DNA of 28,308 bases from a virus (lineage: Duplodnaviria; Caudoviricetes). Shown one piece after another: positions 16,632-25,788 of the stretch (positions are counted from its first letter, which is position 1; each line of letters opens with the position of its first letter). The stretch is from IMG/VR virus record IMGVR_UViG_3300027406_000009, positions 1 through 28,308 of that record; one strand, written 5' to 3'. The notes under the pieces were generated by a model, which saw nothing but the letters and a program-made list of their open reading frames with translations, made no database searches and was not told where the DNA came from. A program made the position numbers and the translations under genes.

Positions 16632-17778
16632 ACTCCCCGCGACATATTACCACGTTAAAGAATGCAAGTCGAAGATTCAAATCCACCAGGGCGGGACACG
16701 ATCCGGAAAGACGTACTCCATCCTCACGGCACTCATTGAGCTTTGTCATAAGAACTCGGGGCTTGTCATCACGATATGCCGGAAAACATTCCCAGCACTT
16801 CGAGCGACAGCGATGCGGGACTTCTTCGAGATACTCAACAACGAAGATGTCTACAATCAAGACCTCCACAACAAGAGCGATGCAACCTATCAACTATGGG
16901 GCAATATGGTTGAGTTCATCAGCATCGACCAACCGCAGAAGGTCAGAGGACGCAAGCGAGACGTTCTATTCATCAACGAAGCCAACGAGATTAACCTCGA
17001 AGATTGGCGGCAACTCCTCCTCCGAACAACGGGGAGGGTGCTTTTAGACTATAACCCATCAGACGAATTCCATTGGATCTATGAAGAAGTCATCCCACGA
17101 GAAGACGCAGAGTTCTTCCGAACCACGTACAAAGACAACCCGTTCCTGCCTGAAAGTGTGGTCTTGGAGATTGAGCGGTTTAAAACAGCAGACGAGAACT
17201 TTTGGAAAGTATACGGTCTCGGAGAACGAGGAACATCACAAGCAACCATCTTCACCCACTGGAAAGAAATAAACCAAATCCCCAATGAATTTAAACTCCT
17301 CAACATCGGACTCGACTTCGGATATACAAACGACCCAACCGCAATCGTCCGAGTCTATACAGACGGGCACGGCTTCGCAGTCGATGAACTCTGCTACGCG
17401 ACAAGACTTACTAATTCGGATATTGCAAAAGTCCTCCGAGATAATCAAGTCAATCGATCGGATGTTGTCATATGTGACTCCGCAGAGCCCAAGAGCATCG
17501 ACGAGATACACGCTCACGGATTCAATACTCACGGAGCAAGAAAGGGAAAGGATAGCGTCAAGAACGGAATCCAATTCCTCCATTCGCGACCGCTTCTTGT
17601 CACGGCTCGGAGTGTGAACCTCATCCGGGAGCTTCGCAATTACAAATGGAAGGAAGACAAGAACGGGAAGCAACTGAACGAACCTGTCGATTCATTCAAT
17701 CACGCTATTGACGCGATGAGGTACGCGATAACATTCAACCAAACGAACCCGAACTTCGGTTCTTATGCTATCGGGTAG
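16624..17778 (+). CDS. terL: Terminase large subunit, PBSX family
   Basis: Walker A QGGTRSGKT, Walker B FINEANE, DYNP, nuclease motifs GLDFGY.NDP and NHAIDAMRY. Confidence 0.92.
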   Translation: MNKLPATYYHVKECKSKIQIHQGGTRSGKTYSILTALIELCHKNSGLVITICRKTFPALRATAMRDFFEILNNEDVYNQDLHNKSDATYQLWGNMVEFISIDQPQKVRGRKRDVLFINEANEINLEDWRQLLLRTTGRVLLDYNPSDEFHWIYEEVIPREDAEFFRTTYKDNPFLPESVVLEIERFKTADENFWKVYGLGERGTSQATIFTHWKEINQIPNEFKLLNIGLDFGYTNDPTAIVRVYTDGHGFAVDELCYATRLTNSDIAKVLRDNQVNRSDVVICDSAEPKSIDEIHAHGFNTHGARKGKDSVKNGIQFLHSRPLLVTARSVNLIRELRNYKWKEDKNGKQLNEPVDSFNHAIDAMRYAITFNQTNPNFGSYAIG

Positions 17779-17840
17779 AAAAGAAAAAAGAAAAAAAATT
17801 CGTTTCGTAGTTGGATAACTAAAAGAATTGCGTATCTTAG
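17779..17840 (+). promoter_or_regulatory. Bacteroidota-type early promoter P2
   Basis: A-tract, TTG (17811-17813), 19-nt spacer, TATCTTAG (17833-17840); shares AAATTCGTTT, TTGGATAACTAAA and TTAGCCA with P1. Confidence 0.7.
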
Positions 17841-17864
17841 CCAAACAAACGAAACAAACAGACC

Positions 17865-18194
17865 ATGAACTTCGAAAAAATCATCCAAGACTCACCAGTA
17901 GCAGCAGCAACAGTCCTTAACCAAACGGATGACCGCTTCACTCAGTCACAAGGAGACGTACATGCATACACTCAACACATCGTCATCAAGGATGCTGCAG
18001 AGGACCGACGTGCAGAGTTCACAGCCACAAAGGATACCGACGGAAAAGTCCGCATCACTTGCAGCCTTTCAAAGCACGGTGGAGAGTTCGCTCATTACTC
18101 TGAAATCTGGAAGCACACGAAATTCCTGACATGGGACAATGTAGCTGCCGCGCAGAAGTACTTCAACACGAAGTCCAAGGCATTCAAGGCTTGA
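17865..18194 (+). CDS. Hypothetical protein in a moron-like cassette
   Basis: 109-aa ORF downstream of P2. Confidence 0.7.
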   Translation: MNFEKIIQDSPVAAATVLNQTDDRFTQSQGDVHAYTQHIVIKDAAEDRRAEFTATKDTDGKVRITCSLSKHGGEFAHYSEIWKHTKFLTWDNVAAAQKYFNTKSKAFKA

Positions 18195-18199
18195 AAAAA

Positions 18200-18283
18200 A
18201 TGGAACGCATGAACAACGAGCCCGAATGGTTTCAAGAGGTGCTCGACCGCACCGAGCAGACCGAATCTTTTCTCCTGCCTTAA
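18200..18283 (+). CDS. Small acidic peptide (27 aa, MERMNNEPEWFQEVL...)
   Basis: A-rich leader; fills the gap up to the terminator exactly. Confidence 0.4.
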   Translation: MERMNNEPEWFQEVLDRTEQTESFLLP

Positions 18284-18284
18284 T

Positions 18285-18308
18285 AGCCCCTCACGGGGCT
18301 TTTTTTTT
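18285..18308 (+). terminator. Rho-independent terminator
   Basis: AGCCCC-TCAC-GGGGCT followed by a T run. Confidence 0.85.
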
Positions 18309-18337
18309 GCCCTAACTTTCGGGCTACCCGTAAAATT

Positions 18338-18373
18338 CACGCAAACACGCAATATTCACGCATTTTTCACGCA
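18338..18373. repeat. Four CACGCA direct repeats
   Basis: Copies start at 18338, 18346, 18357 and 18368. Confidence 0.7.
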
Positions 18374-18385
18374 TTCCATTTTGGA

Positions 18386-18411
18386 TAAGGAAACCAAACA
18401 AATCAAGTTAT
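18386..18411 (+). promoter_or_regulatory. Candidate late promoter TAAGGA-N15-GTTAT
   Basis: Matches the motif at 2468 and 28002; directly upstream of the tail operon, after a terminator. Confidence 0.4.
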
Positions 18412-18415
18412 TAGA

Positions 18416-19072
18416 ATGATGGAACTCAAACTCCCGCACCGATGGTCGGATCTCTCACTCGGAGAACTCCAGGTCATGATGACCGCAGACAACCCCCTCG
18501 AAAAGATATCTATCTGCTCGGGGTACTCGGTGGAGAAACTGCGTGCGATGCCTCAGAAGCTAATAGAAGCCGCCTCAGCGCATCTTGACAATCTTCTAAC
18601 CCAAGAGACTGCACGTCATGAGAAAGTCGTTGAGATGGACGGCAAACGATTCGGCTTTATTCCGAACTGGGATGAGTTTACAGCGGGTGAGTGGATCGAC
18701 ATGGAAAACCACCTCGAAGACTTTTGGGCAAACGCTCACAAAATTACCGCTCTCCTCTATCGGGAAGTGACCTACGAACTCGGAGACAAATACGAGATAA
18801 AGAAGTACACCACCAAAGAAGACGCAAGCATCTTTGAAGAGATGCCCGCAGACCTTGTCTCGGGTATGCTGCTTTTTTTTTGGACTTCCAGAAATCAACT
18901 GCTGCACGATATGCAGTTCTCTTTGCTGGAGGTAGCGGACAAAGCGATCCAGTCGGTGAAAAATGGGGATGGTATCACCTCCTCTATTCCCTCGCAGGGG
19001 AAGACGTTCTCAAAATGGACGCGATTACAGAACTCCCTGTTCAAGTCATCTTCCAACACCTCAGCTATCTAA
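18416..19072 (+). CDS. Putative tail assembly chaperone, 0-frame product
   Basis: FGFIPNW...TAGEWID.E and LYR motifs; contains a T9 slippery run at 18873-18881. Confidence 0.6.
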   Translation: MMELKLPHRWSDLSLGELQVMMTADNPLEKISICSGYSVEKLRAMPQKLIEAASAHLDNLLTQETARHEKVVEMDGKRFGFIPNWDEFTAGEWIDMENHLEDFWANAHKITALLYREVTYELGDKYEIKKYTTKEDASIFEEMPADLVSGMLLFFWTSRNQLLHDMQFSLLEVADKAIQSVKNGDGITSSIPSQGKTFSKWTRLQNSLFKSSSNTSAI

Positions 19073-19104
19073 AAGACAGAAGCGCAAATGATCACGTTCA
19101 ATAA
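18880..19104 (+). CDS. -1 frameshift extension of the chaperone (alternative C-terminus)
   Basis: -1 frame opens at the T run, reads KWGWYHLLYSLA...IT.LP...LSYLKD and overlaps the next start codon. Confidence 0.65.
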   Translation: MDFQKSTAARYAVLFAGGSGQSDPVGEKWGWYHLLYSLAGEDVLKMDAITELPVQVIFQHLSYLKDRSANDHVQ

Positions 19105-22100
19105 CATCGTCGAAAGGTTTGAAGTATTCGCAACGAATCACTTCTTCATTAAGTCATTCTCATTCGGCTCTCCGGATGATGTAGACCTCGCAAAGTTTAC
19201 CGAGTTCCCCTTGATGCACATGGTTTACACCGGGGCAACATATGACACCGGGACAAAGACCTACAACATCGAGGTTTATATCCTTGACGTACCAGCAGAC
19301 AAGACCGATAAGGTAGAACGACAACGGGAGGTCGTATCTGATGCGGAGCAATGCGCAGAAGACATTATCGCAGATATCCGCATGGGTGGGAATATCTTCA
19401 CCTTTGCTCAAGATTATGAAGTCGTAAACGCTACGACTACACCACTTGAGGAAGAGACAAAGAACGTCCTCTCGGGCGTGCTGCTCGATTTATCTGTTGA
19501 GATCCCTTACGAGTGGGACGCTTGCAATGCTCCAATCGACGGAGTAATTCCCGGGGGTGGGGATGTCCCTTCATATGCTCGACGCGGGTTCTTGCGTATG
19601 CTGACGCTCGACGGCACAACCGATGTCCTTAGCGTTCGCACAATCAACGTAACGAACGGCACCCTCACCGATGATGGAGACGGGGTAGTTACCTTGAACA
19701 CGGGAGGAGCAGAAACGCTCGAGGACTTAACCGATGTGAACATCATAAGCCCGGAACAGGGGGACGTTCTATCCTACAATTCAGGCGTTCAGAAGTGGAT
19801 GAAGAATGGAGGGCTTCAAGAGCTTCTCGCACGGTTTAAAGCAAGCGGATCAGGTGCGCAGATGTACGACACCCTCAACGACACGACGAAGGGGTATATC
19901 GACATTCTCGCCAATAGCGCAAAGATGAAAGTCAACCTCTCAGGTCTGACAGTTACCGAAGCCTCTCCAGGGGTTATGTCCTTTGCAGTTGCAGCAGGTA
20001 CGGAAGGGAACGAAGTAGAGTTTGAGGCAATGACTATCGAAGGGAGCGACGCTCTATCGACAATTGCAGAAATCAACTTCAAACAAGGGGCGTTAACATA
20101 TTGGGAGAATGCTACGGGTAAGATTTGGCTTCGCGCACCTAACGCAGGAAATATCACAGTGCTGCTTCCAAGCTCAACGGGAACCCTGGCACTTACAACC
20201 GATATCCCGAACGTTCCTGTCGACTCGGTAAACGGTCAAACGGGCGTGGTTGTATTGGATACGGGAGACATTGACGAGAATGGGAATCTCTATTACACAG
20301 AGGCACGGGTCGCAGCGAATGCCGCTGTCGTAGCTAATACGGCAAAGGTTGGAATAACACCAACGCAAGCGAGCGAGATAACAGCCAACACAGCGAAGGT
20401 CGGGATCACTACCCAACAGGCGAACGATATCACCGCGAACAACGCAAAGACAGGCATCACACCGACTCAAGCGGGAGAGATAACCGCGAACACGGCAAAG
20501 GTTGGAGTCATTGCGGGAGGTACTTTGGGACAAGCTCTCGTGAAGGCAAGCGGAACGGACTACGATACGGAGTGGGCAGACATTGCGATTGATACCCAGT
20601 ATCACGATCGCTTCGCAACAGACGCGGAGACCTTCCGAAGCGGTGCAACGGATACGCTCGAACTTTATTACACCGCCAAAGCGGACGGGGACGGACTCGC
20701 AGAGGATGCAGAGAGCGACACCCCAACAGCGGGAAAGGTTATAAAAAGGAAGATATATTACTCAGAGGCTGCATTTGCAGACCCCGATACAGGGACATGG
20801 GTAGAGTTTACGACCCTCGCGGACGATATTACTTTCGCTAATGCAAAGGCGGCTCTTTTGGAGTATCTCAAAGCGAGGACGGGCGGGACGGTTCCAATCA
20901 GCCTCAAGCAAACGTGGGAAGAGGTAACAGCAGCGCCAGCGTTCACGGGGTTACTTAACGAAACGTATGGCAGCGGAGCAGAAGCCGCGTATTCAACCCG
21001 TCGATTGAATGGGCTATACTCAGGCGATTGTATGACCATCCGCAGAGCGTCGGACAGCACAACGCAAAGCATCGGCTTCGTAGGGGAAGAAATCGATGAA
21101 TCAGCCATCGAAACCTTTTGCAGTGGCACTACTTGCACAATCCAAGTTTGGTTTGACCAGTCGGGCAACGGGAACAACGCAACCCAAACAGAGGCAACGA
21201 AGCAGCCGACTATTTACACGGGCGGACAGCTTGTGAAGGAAGGCGGGCGCTTGGCGTTAGATTTTGACGGTTCTAATGACCACCTGAATTTTACACAAAT
21301 AGACCTAACTAGCGATTGTCTAATTGCTCACATTGCCACGCATAGCGCGGCAGATTCTGCATATGGTGGTCCCACGGGTAATTTTGGAGCGTATCAAGCC
21401 ACGACAACAACATTACGTTGGAGATTTAGCGGTGCAACTTATTACGCTACTGTACCAACAATTACAGCGGGTGACCAATATTTGTCACTTTTTAGAAGGG
21501 AAAGCGGGACGGCAAATATGAGTTACGACGGAGCAGACACTACGTCGCAATCATTGAGCGGTACAGGTTCTTTTTCTGTTTTGGGTGCTTCAACGCAAAC
21601 TTCACACAATTTACTTGGAAAAGCGCAGGAGTATATTTTTTACACTTCAGCAAAAACGAGCCAAAACCGAACAGATATCGAAGGTAATATTTCCGCATAC
21701 TTCCAAAGCGCGAAACTGTTAGATGAGCAATTTGGAGAGGGAGCGGAAGCAGCTTATTCAACGCGGCAACTCCGACGGGATCAAACGGAGTGCATGGTCA
21801 TTCGCAGGGCATCGGATAGCACGACTACAACGATAGGCTTCGACGGTTCAGGAAACATCTCGGAGGCAGATATTGAAACCTTCTGCACGGGTACGACTTG
21901 CACGGTCTACACTTGGAAAGACCAAAGCGGAAACGGGAACGATGCGACAGCCGCAGCACCTGCAAACGAACCGACGATTTACACGGGTGGGGCGATTGTG
22001 AAGGATGGAGGGCGCGTAGCCTTTACTTCAACATCTTCGACATCTTTTAGCTTTACTCAAATCTCAAACATCAATAGTGTTTTTTCTGTATTAAGACCTA

Positions 22101-23212
22101 CCGACTTTACAAATAATAACTCTAGTTTTATCCTCGGAGCGAGTAGCAATTATAATTATCACAGCGGGATTTCGGGTAAATGGCTGAATACAACTAACGC
22201 GATTCAAGCGGTTTGGGATGGTGCAAATTATTTAAATGGTACTGCCGTAACCCTTGACACGACAACGAGAAGCGCGGGGCAATATGTTTTAAGTATGATT
22301 CATACGTCAAACACAGTGATTGCGGGTCGAATAAGTGAAGACAGGACGTTCGGACGTAGCTGGGTCGGTAACCGCCAAGAATTAATAATTTACTCGGACG
22401 ACCGAACAAACAACCGCACCTCCATCGAAGAAAACATAGGCGACTACTTCACCCAAAACACGCCACTACTCGACACGTACAGCGGTGCAGCGGCTGCGTA
22501 TTCATTGCGACGGCTTTCGAGTAGCTACACAGGTGATGCGGTAGAGGTTTACAACGGGAGCAGCTACGCGGATATAGGGTTTAACGTATTCGGTGAGCTT
22601 GATACTCTAGCACTCGCAGCGCATTGCGGTTCAAATTCGGGTTATGTATCGAAGTGGTATTCACAGACAGGAAGCAACGACGCGACGCAGACGGTCACGG
22701 GTTCAATGCCAAAGATTTACGACGGGACTACGGGCGTAGTGACGGACAACGGAAAGCCTGCGGTTGAGTTTAATGGCACAAGCACGGAGATAAGCGCGCC
22801 AACAGTAGGCTTGTCCGTAGCCACTTGTTTTATTCATCATACCAATTTTGATGCAACCGCGAGAATGTTTGGACAGTTTGACCGATTTGAAAATTCTTTT
22901 TTCTACGACAGGGTTACGGGATATTGGGCTTTCAATAATGGCGGTATAAACTTATCCGGATTGCCAAGTACAACAAGTAAATTGGTTTATGCAGTATTTG
23001 ATAATACCGGGGGTGAACTTGGTATAAATGGAGCCACAGCAACAAGCGGCACATTAGGTGTTATTAGTGGTCAAATGGATTTACGTATCGGAAGGAGAGC
23101 TAGTAGCTACTGGAAAGGCACAGCGTCTGAGTTAATAGTCTATGACTCCGACGAATCAGCCAACCGCACCAACATCGAGACCAACATCAACACCTTTTAC
23201 AGCATCTACTGA
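19088..23212 (+). CDS. Multidomain virion protein: tail-terminator-like N-domain, fibre shaft, and three GH54/ConA-like domains
   Basis: About 150-aa N-domain ending CNAP; VDSVNGQTGVVVL; 17-aa repeats; three ~250-aa repeats starting 20951, 21716 and 22466. Confidence 0.7.
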   Translation: MITFNNIVERFEVFATNHFFIKSFSFGSPDDVDLAKFTEFPLMHMVYTGATYDTGTKTYNIEVYILDVPADKTDKVERQREVVSDAEQCAEDIIADIRMGGNIFTFAQDYEVVNATTTPLEEETKNVLSGVLLDLSVEIPYEWDACNAPIDGVIPGGGDVPSYARRGFLRMLTLDGTTDVLSVRTINVTNGTLTDDGDGVVTLNTGGAETLEDLTDVNIISPEQGDVLSYNSGVQKWMKNGGLQELLARFKASGSGAQMYDTLNDTTKGYIDILANSAKMKVNLSGLTVTEASPGVMSFAVAAGTEGNEVEFEAMTIEGSDALSTIAEINFKQGALTYWENATGKIWLRAPNAGNITVLLPSSTGTLALTTDIPNVPVDSVNGQTGVVVLDTGDIDENGNLYYTEARVAANAAVVANTAKVGITPTQASEITANTAKVGITTQQANDITANNAKTGITPTQAGEITANTAKVGVIAGGTLGQALVKASGTDYDTEWADIAIDTQYHDRFATDAETFRSGATDTLELYYTAKADGDGLAEDAESDTPTAGKVIKRKIYYSEAAFADPDTGTWVEFTTLADDITFANAKAALLEYLKARTGGTVPISLKQTWEEVTAAPAFTGLLNETYGSGAEAAYSTRRLNGLYSGDCMTIRRASDSTTQSIGFVGEEIDESAIETFCSGTTCTIQVWFDQSGNGNNATQTEATKQPTIYTGGQLVKEGGRLALDFDGSNDHLNFTQIDLTSDCLIAHIATHSAADSAYGGPTGNFGAYQATTTTLRWRFSGATYYATVPTITAGDQYLSLFRRESGTANMSYDGADTTSQSLSGTGSFSVLGASTQTSHNLLGKAQEYIFYTSAKTSQNRTDIEGNISAYFQSAKLLDEQFGEGAEAAYSTRQLRRDQTECMVIRRASDSTTTTIGFDGSGNISEADIETFCTGTTCTVYTWKDQSGNGNDATAAAPANEPTIYTGGAIVKDGGRVAFTSTSSTSFSFTQISNINSVFSVLRPTDFTNNNSSFILGASSNYNYHSGISGKWLNTTNAIQAVWDGANYLNGTAVTLDTTTRSAGQYVLSMIHTSNTVIAGRISEDRTFGRSWVGNRQELIIYSDDRTNNRTSIEENIGDYFTQNTPLLDTYSGAAAAYSLRRLSSSYTGDAVEVYNGSSYADIGFNVFGELDTLALAAHCGSNSGYVSKWYSQTGSNDATQTVTGSMPKIYDGTTGVVTDNGKPAVEFNGTSTEISAPTVGLSVATCFIHHTNFDATARMFGQFDRFENSFFYDRVTGYWAFNNGGINLSGLPSTTSKLVYAVFDNTGGELGINGATATSGTLGVISGQMDLRIGRRASSYWKGTASELIVYDSDESANRTNIETNINTFYSIY
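20333..20506 (+). repeat. 51-nt (17-aa) tandem repeat ANTAKVGITPTQAxEIT, about 3.5 copies
   Basis: Units start at 20333, 20384, 20435 and 20486. Confidence 0.85.
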
Positions 23213-23613
23213 TGAACGGATATATCATAGTCCTACCAACGGACACGCAAACAAGCGAGCGCAGAGCGTACCAAATCACGCGCGAACTCTACAACATCTC
23301 ACGCCCTGTATTGATACAGGCGGAAGGCGAAGCGGCCTCGACCGTGTTCGGGATTATCGTACACCCTGACGGAGTACAGAACGCTTTGCAGGTTGATACG
23401 GATTACCTCATCAACGTACATCCCGCTGCGATACTCGAACGCCTTGTGGCGTGCTTTCCTGAGCTGTCGAATGATGAGCGGTTCTCCCTGTCTGCATTTG
23501 TCCAAACGAATCAGAAGTTCCCGTTCGGTTATATCATCCCAAGCGATACCACCGTTCGAAATCAAGAGTACATGGAAGAGAATGGTTGGTTCCCTGAAGA
23601 TCCCGAATTATGA
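23212..23613 (+). CDS. Hypothetical protein, possible fibre-associated chaperone
   Basis: Coupled to the fibre gene stop (TGATG). Confidence 0.6.
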   Translation: MNGYIIVLPTDTQTSERRAYQITRELYNISRPVLIQAEGEAASTVFGIIVHPDGVQNALQVDTDYLINVHPAAILERLVACFPELSNDERFSLSAFVQTNQKFPFGYIIPSDTTVRNQEYMEENGWFPEDPEL

Positions 23614-23972
23614 AAGCTATCAAAATACTATTTCTCGTAGTCCTCGCAATCGTAGCGATTCCCGTTGGGATCGTGTACTCGGTTGGTGAGTCGCTCTTCT
23701 TTATTGCCTCAGATGTCCTCAGAAGCATTTGGAGAGCCATATACGACTTCTTTCGTGACGTGTCGATAATTGTATCGGTCACAGCGTCAAAGTTCCTCAA
23801 TCGGCTTCTAATGGATTCGGGAGTTCCTTTCGGGAATCATTCCGTTTCTGCTGTCCTGGGAGCTAACCAACGAGAACGAACGCTCACGGGTCTTGGGTTA
23901 TGGCTGACCTTGTTACTCGATAGCATCGAGAAGAACCATTGCCGCAAGGCATCCGAACGCGCGGGGATATGA
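23610..23972 (+). CDS. Hypothetical membrane protein
   Basis: N-terminal TM helix; PFGN..VS.VLG.N...L...G..L..LLD.I..NHC motif. Confidence 0.65.
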   Translation: MKAIKILFLVVLAIVAIPVGIVYSVGESLFFIASDVLRSIWRAIYDFFRDVSIIVSVTASKFLNRLLMDSGVPFGNHSVSAVLGANQRERTLTGLGLWLTLLLDSIEKNHCRKASERAGI

Positions 23973-24532
23973 GTAAAGTAAACGAGACACTTATCGCGTT
24001 TGCAGATGATATCCTGAAGAGTGCGAAGAGGCATCTCGGAGGGAGAAGGATCGGCAAAAATAAGAACTACGGAGTCGCATCGGGTACGCTCAAGCGGTCT
24101 CTGAATTATCGCATTCGGGTACGTGGAAACGAGATACGAGAAATCAGTTTCGGAGCCAAAGGCAAAGCGAAGAAATACGCTCCATTCATTCACTTCGGGG
24201 TAAACGGCACGCGCAAGAATCAAGGGTCACCCTTTTCATACAAATTCGAGAACCCTTCCCGTAAGCATCGAACGGCACTAAAGAGTTGGATACGCGCAAA
24301 GGGTATCAAATCACGTGACGAAAAAGGTCGATTCAAAAAACAAAGCGCAGATTCTTTGGCGTATGTATTGGGTAGAGCAGTGAAGCGGAAGGGAATCGTC
24401 GGACTTCGGTTCTACGAGAAAGCGTATACAGCCGTTTCTAAACGATATACGAAGAAACTCGGAGCAGCATTCGCGGAAGATATCGCGGGTAAATTCAAAG
24501 CAAACCTCGGAAACATAACGATCAAAAACTAA
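23969..24532 (+). CDS. Basic putative tail-completion/neck protein
   Basis: ASG.L..SL, Y..FI..GV.G, WI..KGI and ..GI...FY motifs; ATG 23969 overlaps the upstream stop. Confidence 0.55.
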   Translation: MSKVNETLIAFADDILKSAKRHLGGRRIGKNKNYGVASGTLKRSLNYRIRVRGNEIREISFGAKGKAKKYAPFIHFGVNGTRKNQGSPFSYKFENPSRKHRTALKSWIRAKGIKSRDEKGRFKKQSADSLAYVLGRAVKRKGIVGLRFYEKAYTAVSKRYTKKLGAAFAEDIAGKFKANLGNITIKN

Positions 24533-25788
24533 TGGCATCAATCGACGCAGGACCGGCAGAAGGATGGAAACCAGCCGGACAAAAACTTCTATTTACCCTC
24601 ATTCCAGATGAAGCGGTTGATGACTCATATCGTTATATCGTGCAGGTAGAGGAGAACGGCACGGATATATCCAAAATTTACTTGACTCCAAACCCAACGA
24701 ATAACGCCTTTTTTGATTTGTCCGAAGTTATAGCGGGACGGCTTGAGGTGGATTCTTTGAAGTACAACGCGACCTCGACGATTCACTCGTTTCATAACAA
24801 GATGTTCACCCGTTCGAACGACAACCTAAAGCGGTATCGTTTGAAGATTGGATACTTCGACGGAAGTTCTGAAAACCTCGCGGAAGATACGTCGGGATAT
24901 TACTATCTTCTTGACGGTTACGAGCAACTATCGCAAGGGTTGTTTCCTTCGTTCTCCGATTATTACGGGTCAGCTTCAACAAAAAAGGTTTGGTTGACGG
25001 ATCGCGAACCCGTGAACAACGTTATCGAAGTAAGTGCAGGGATTGAAGATAACGGGGTTGCAGCGTTTATCAATAGCGATGACACCGGCTCCGCAATCGT
25101 TAACCTCACCATCAAAATATACGACGTTCTCGGAAGCCTTGAGGATACCTTGACATACATCGTGAACGCTACCAATGGAGGGTTAGTTCCCACAACCACC
25201 TGGAGCGATTCAAACAACGATGCGTCACTTCTTTATGCTTATGTCTATCCCGGTTCATTGAGTGCTATCACAACGGCTCTGAATAATGTGGTCGAGGGTT
25301 GGGATTATTACGATGTTATTCCTTCAACATTGTCTGCACCAACGGGAAACACCCTCCGCATCCGTAACAAATGCAGGAACACGAAGAACGAACCTGTCCA
25401 ATTGGGTTGGGCGAATACTCGGGGCGGGTGGGATTACCTACGTTTCAACGGGAAGAAACAAAAGACCGTAACGCGGGAGGAGAAGACTTATCGAAAGATC
25501 GTAGGGGATTACAGCGGTTCACAATTCAGCCTCGCTCCAAGCGCACGCGAAATCAAGCCGTACCAACTCGAAGCGAAAGAGACCTATCAACTCAACAGCG
25601 TTCTCACGATTGAGGAAGTGACGTTGATGCAGTATTGCATGAGGTCAAAAAATGTCATGGCGCGAATCGACGGGACGTGGGTTCCTGTAACCATCCAAAC
25701 GAACTCGATGCAAATCGAAGAGGAGACGGTCTCGAAGGTGTTCATCACTTCGTTCAATGTTGAACTCGCACAAATTACCCGATGCTAA
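24532..25788 (+). CDS. Putative tail structural protein
   Basis: Beta-rich; C-terminal W.N..GGWDY..F motif; in the tail operon. Confidence 0.55.
   Translation: MASIDAGPAEGWKPAGQKLLFTLIPDEAVDDSYRYIVQVEENGTDISKIYLTPNPTNNAFFDLSEVIAGRLEVDSLKYNATSTIHSFHNKMFTRSNDNLKRYRLKIGYFDGSSENLAEDTSGYYYLLDGYEQLSQGLFPSFSDYYGSASTKKVWLTDREPVNNVIEVSAGIEDNGVAAFINSDDTGSAIVNLTIKIYDVLGSLEDTLTYIVNATNGGLVPTTTWSDSNNDASLLYAYVYPGSLSAITTALNNVVEGWDYYDVIPSTLSAPTGNTLRIRNKCRNTKNEPVQLGWANTRGGWDYLRFNGKKQKTVTREEKTYRKIVGDYSGSQFSLAPSAREIKPYQLEAKETYQLNSVLTIEEVTLMQYCMRSKNVMARIDGTWVPVTIQTNSMQIEEETVSKVFITSFNVELAQITRC

Noticed and set aside
20951-23212. Diversity-generating retroelement acting on the fibre repeats
   Set aside because: I saw no reverse transcriptase and no near-identical template/variable pair differing only at adenines.
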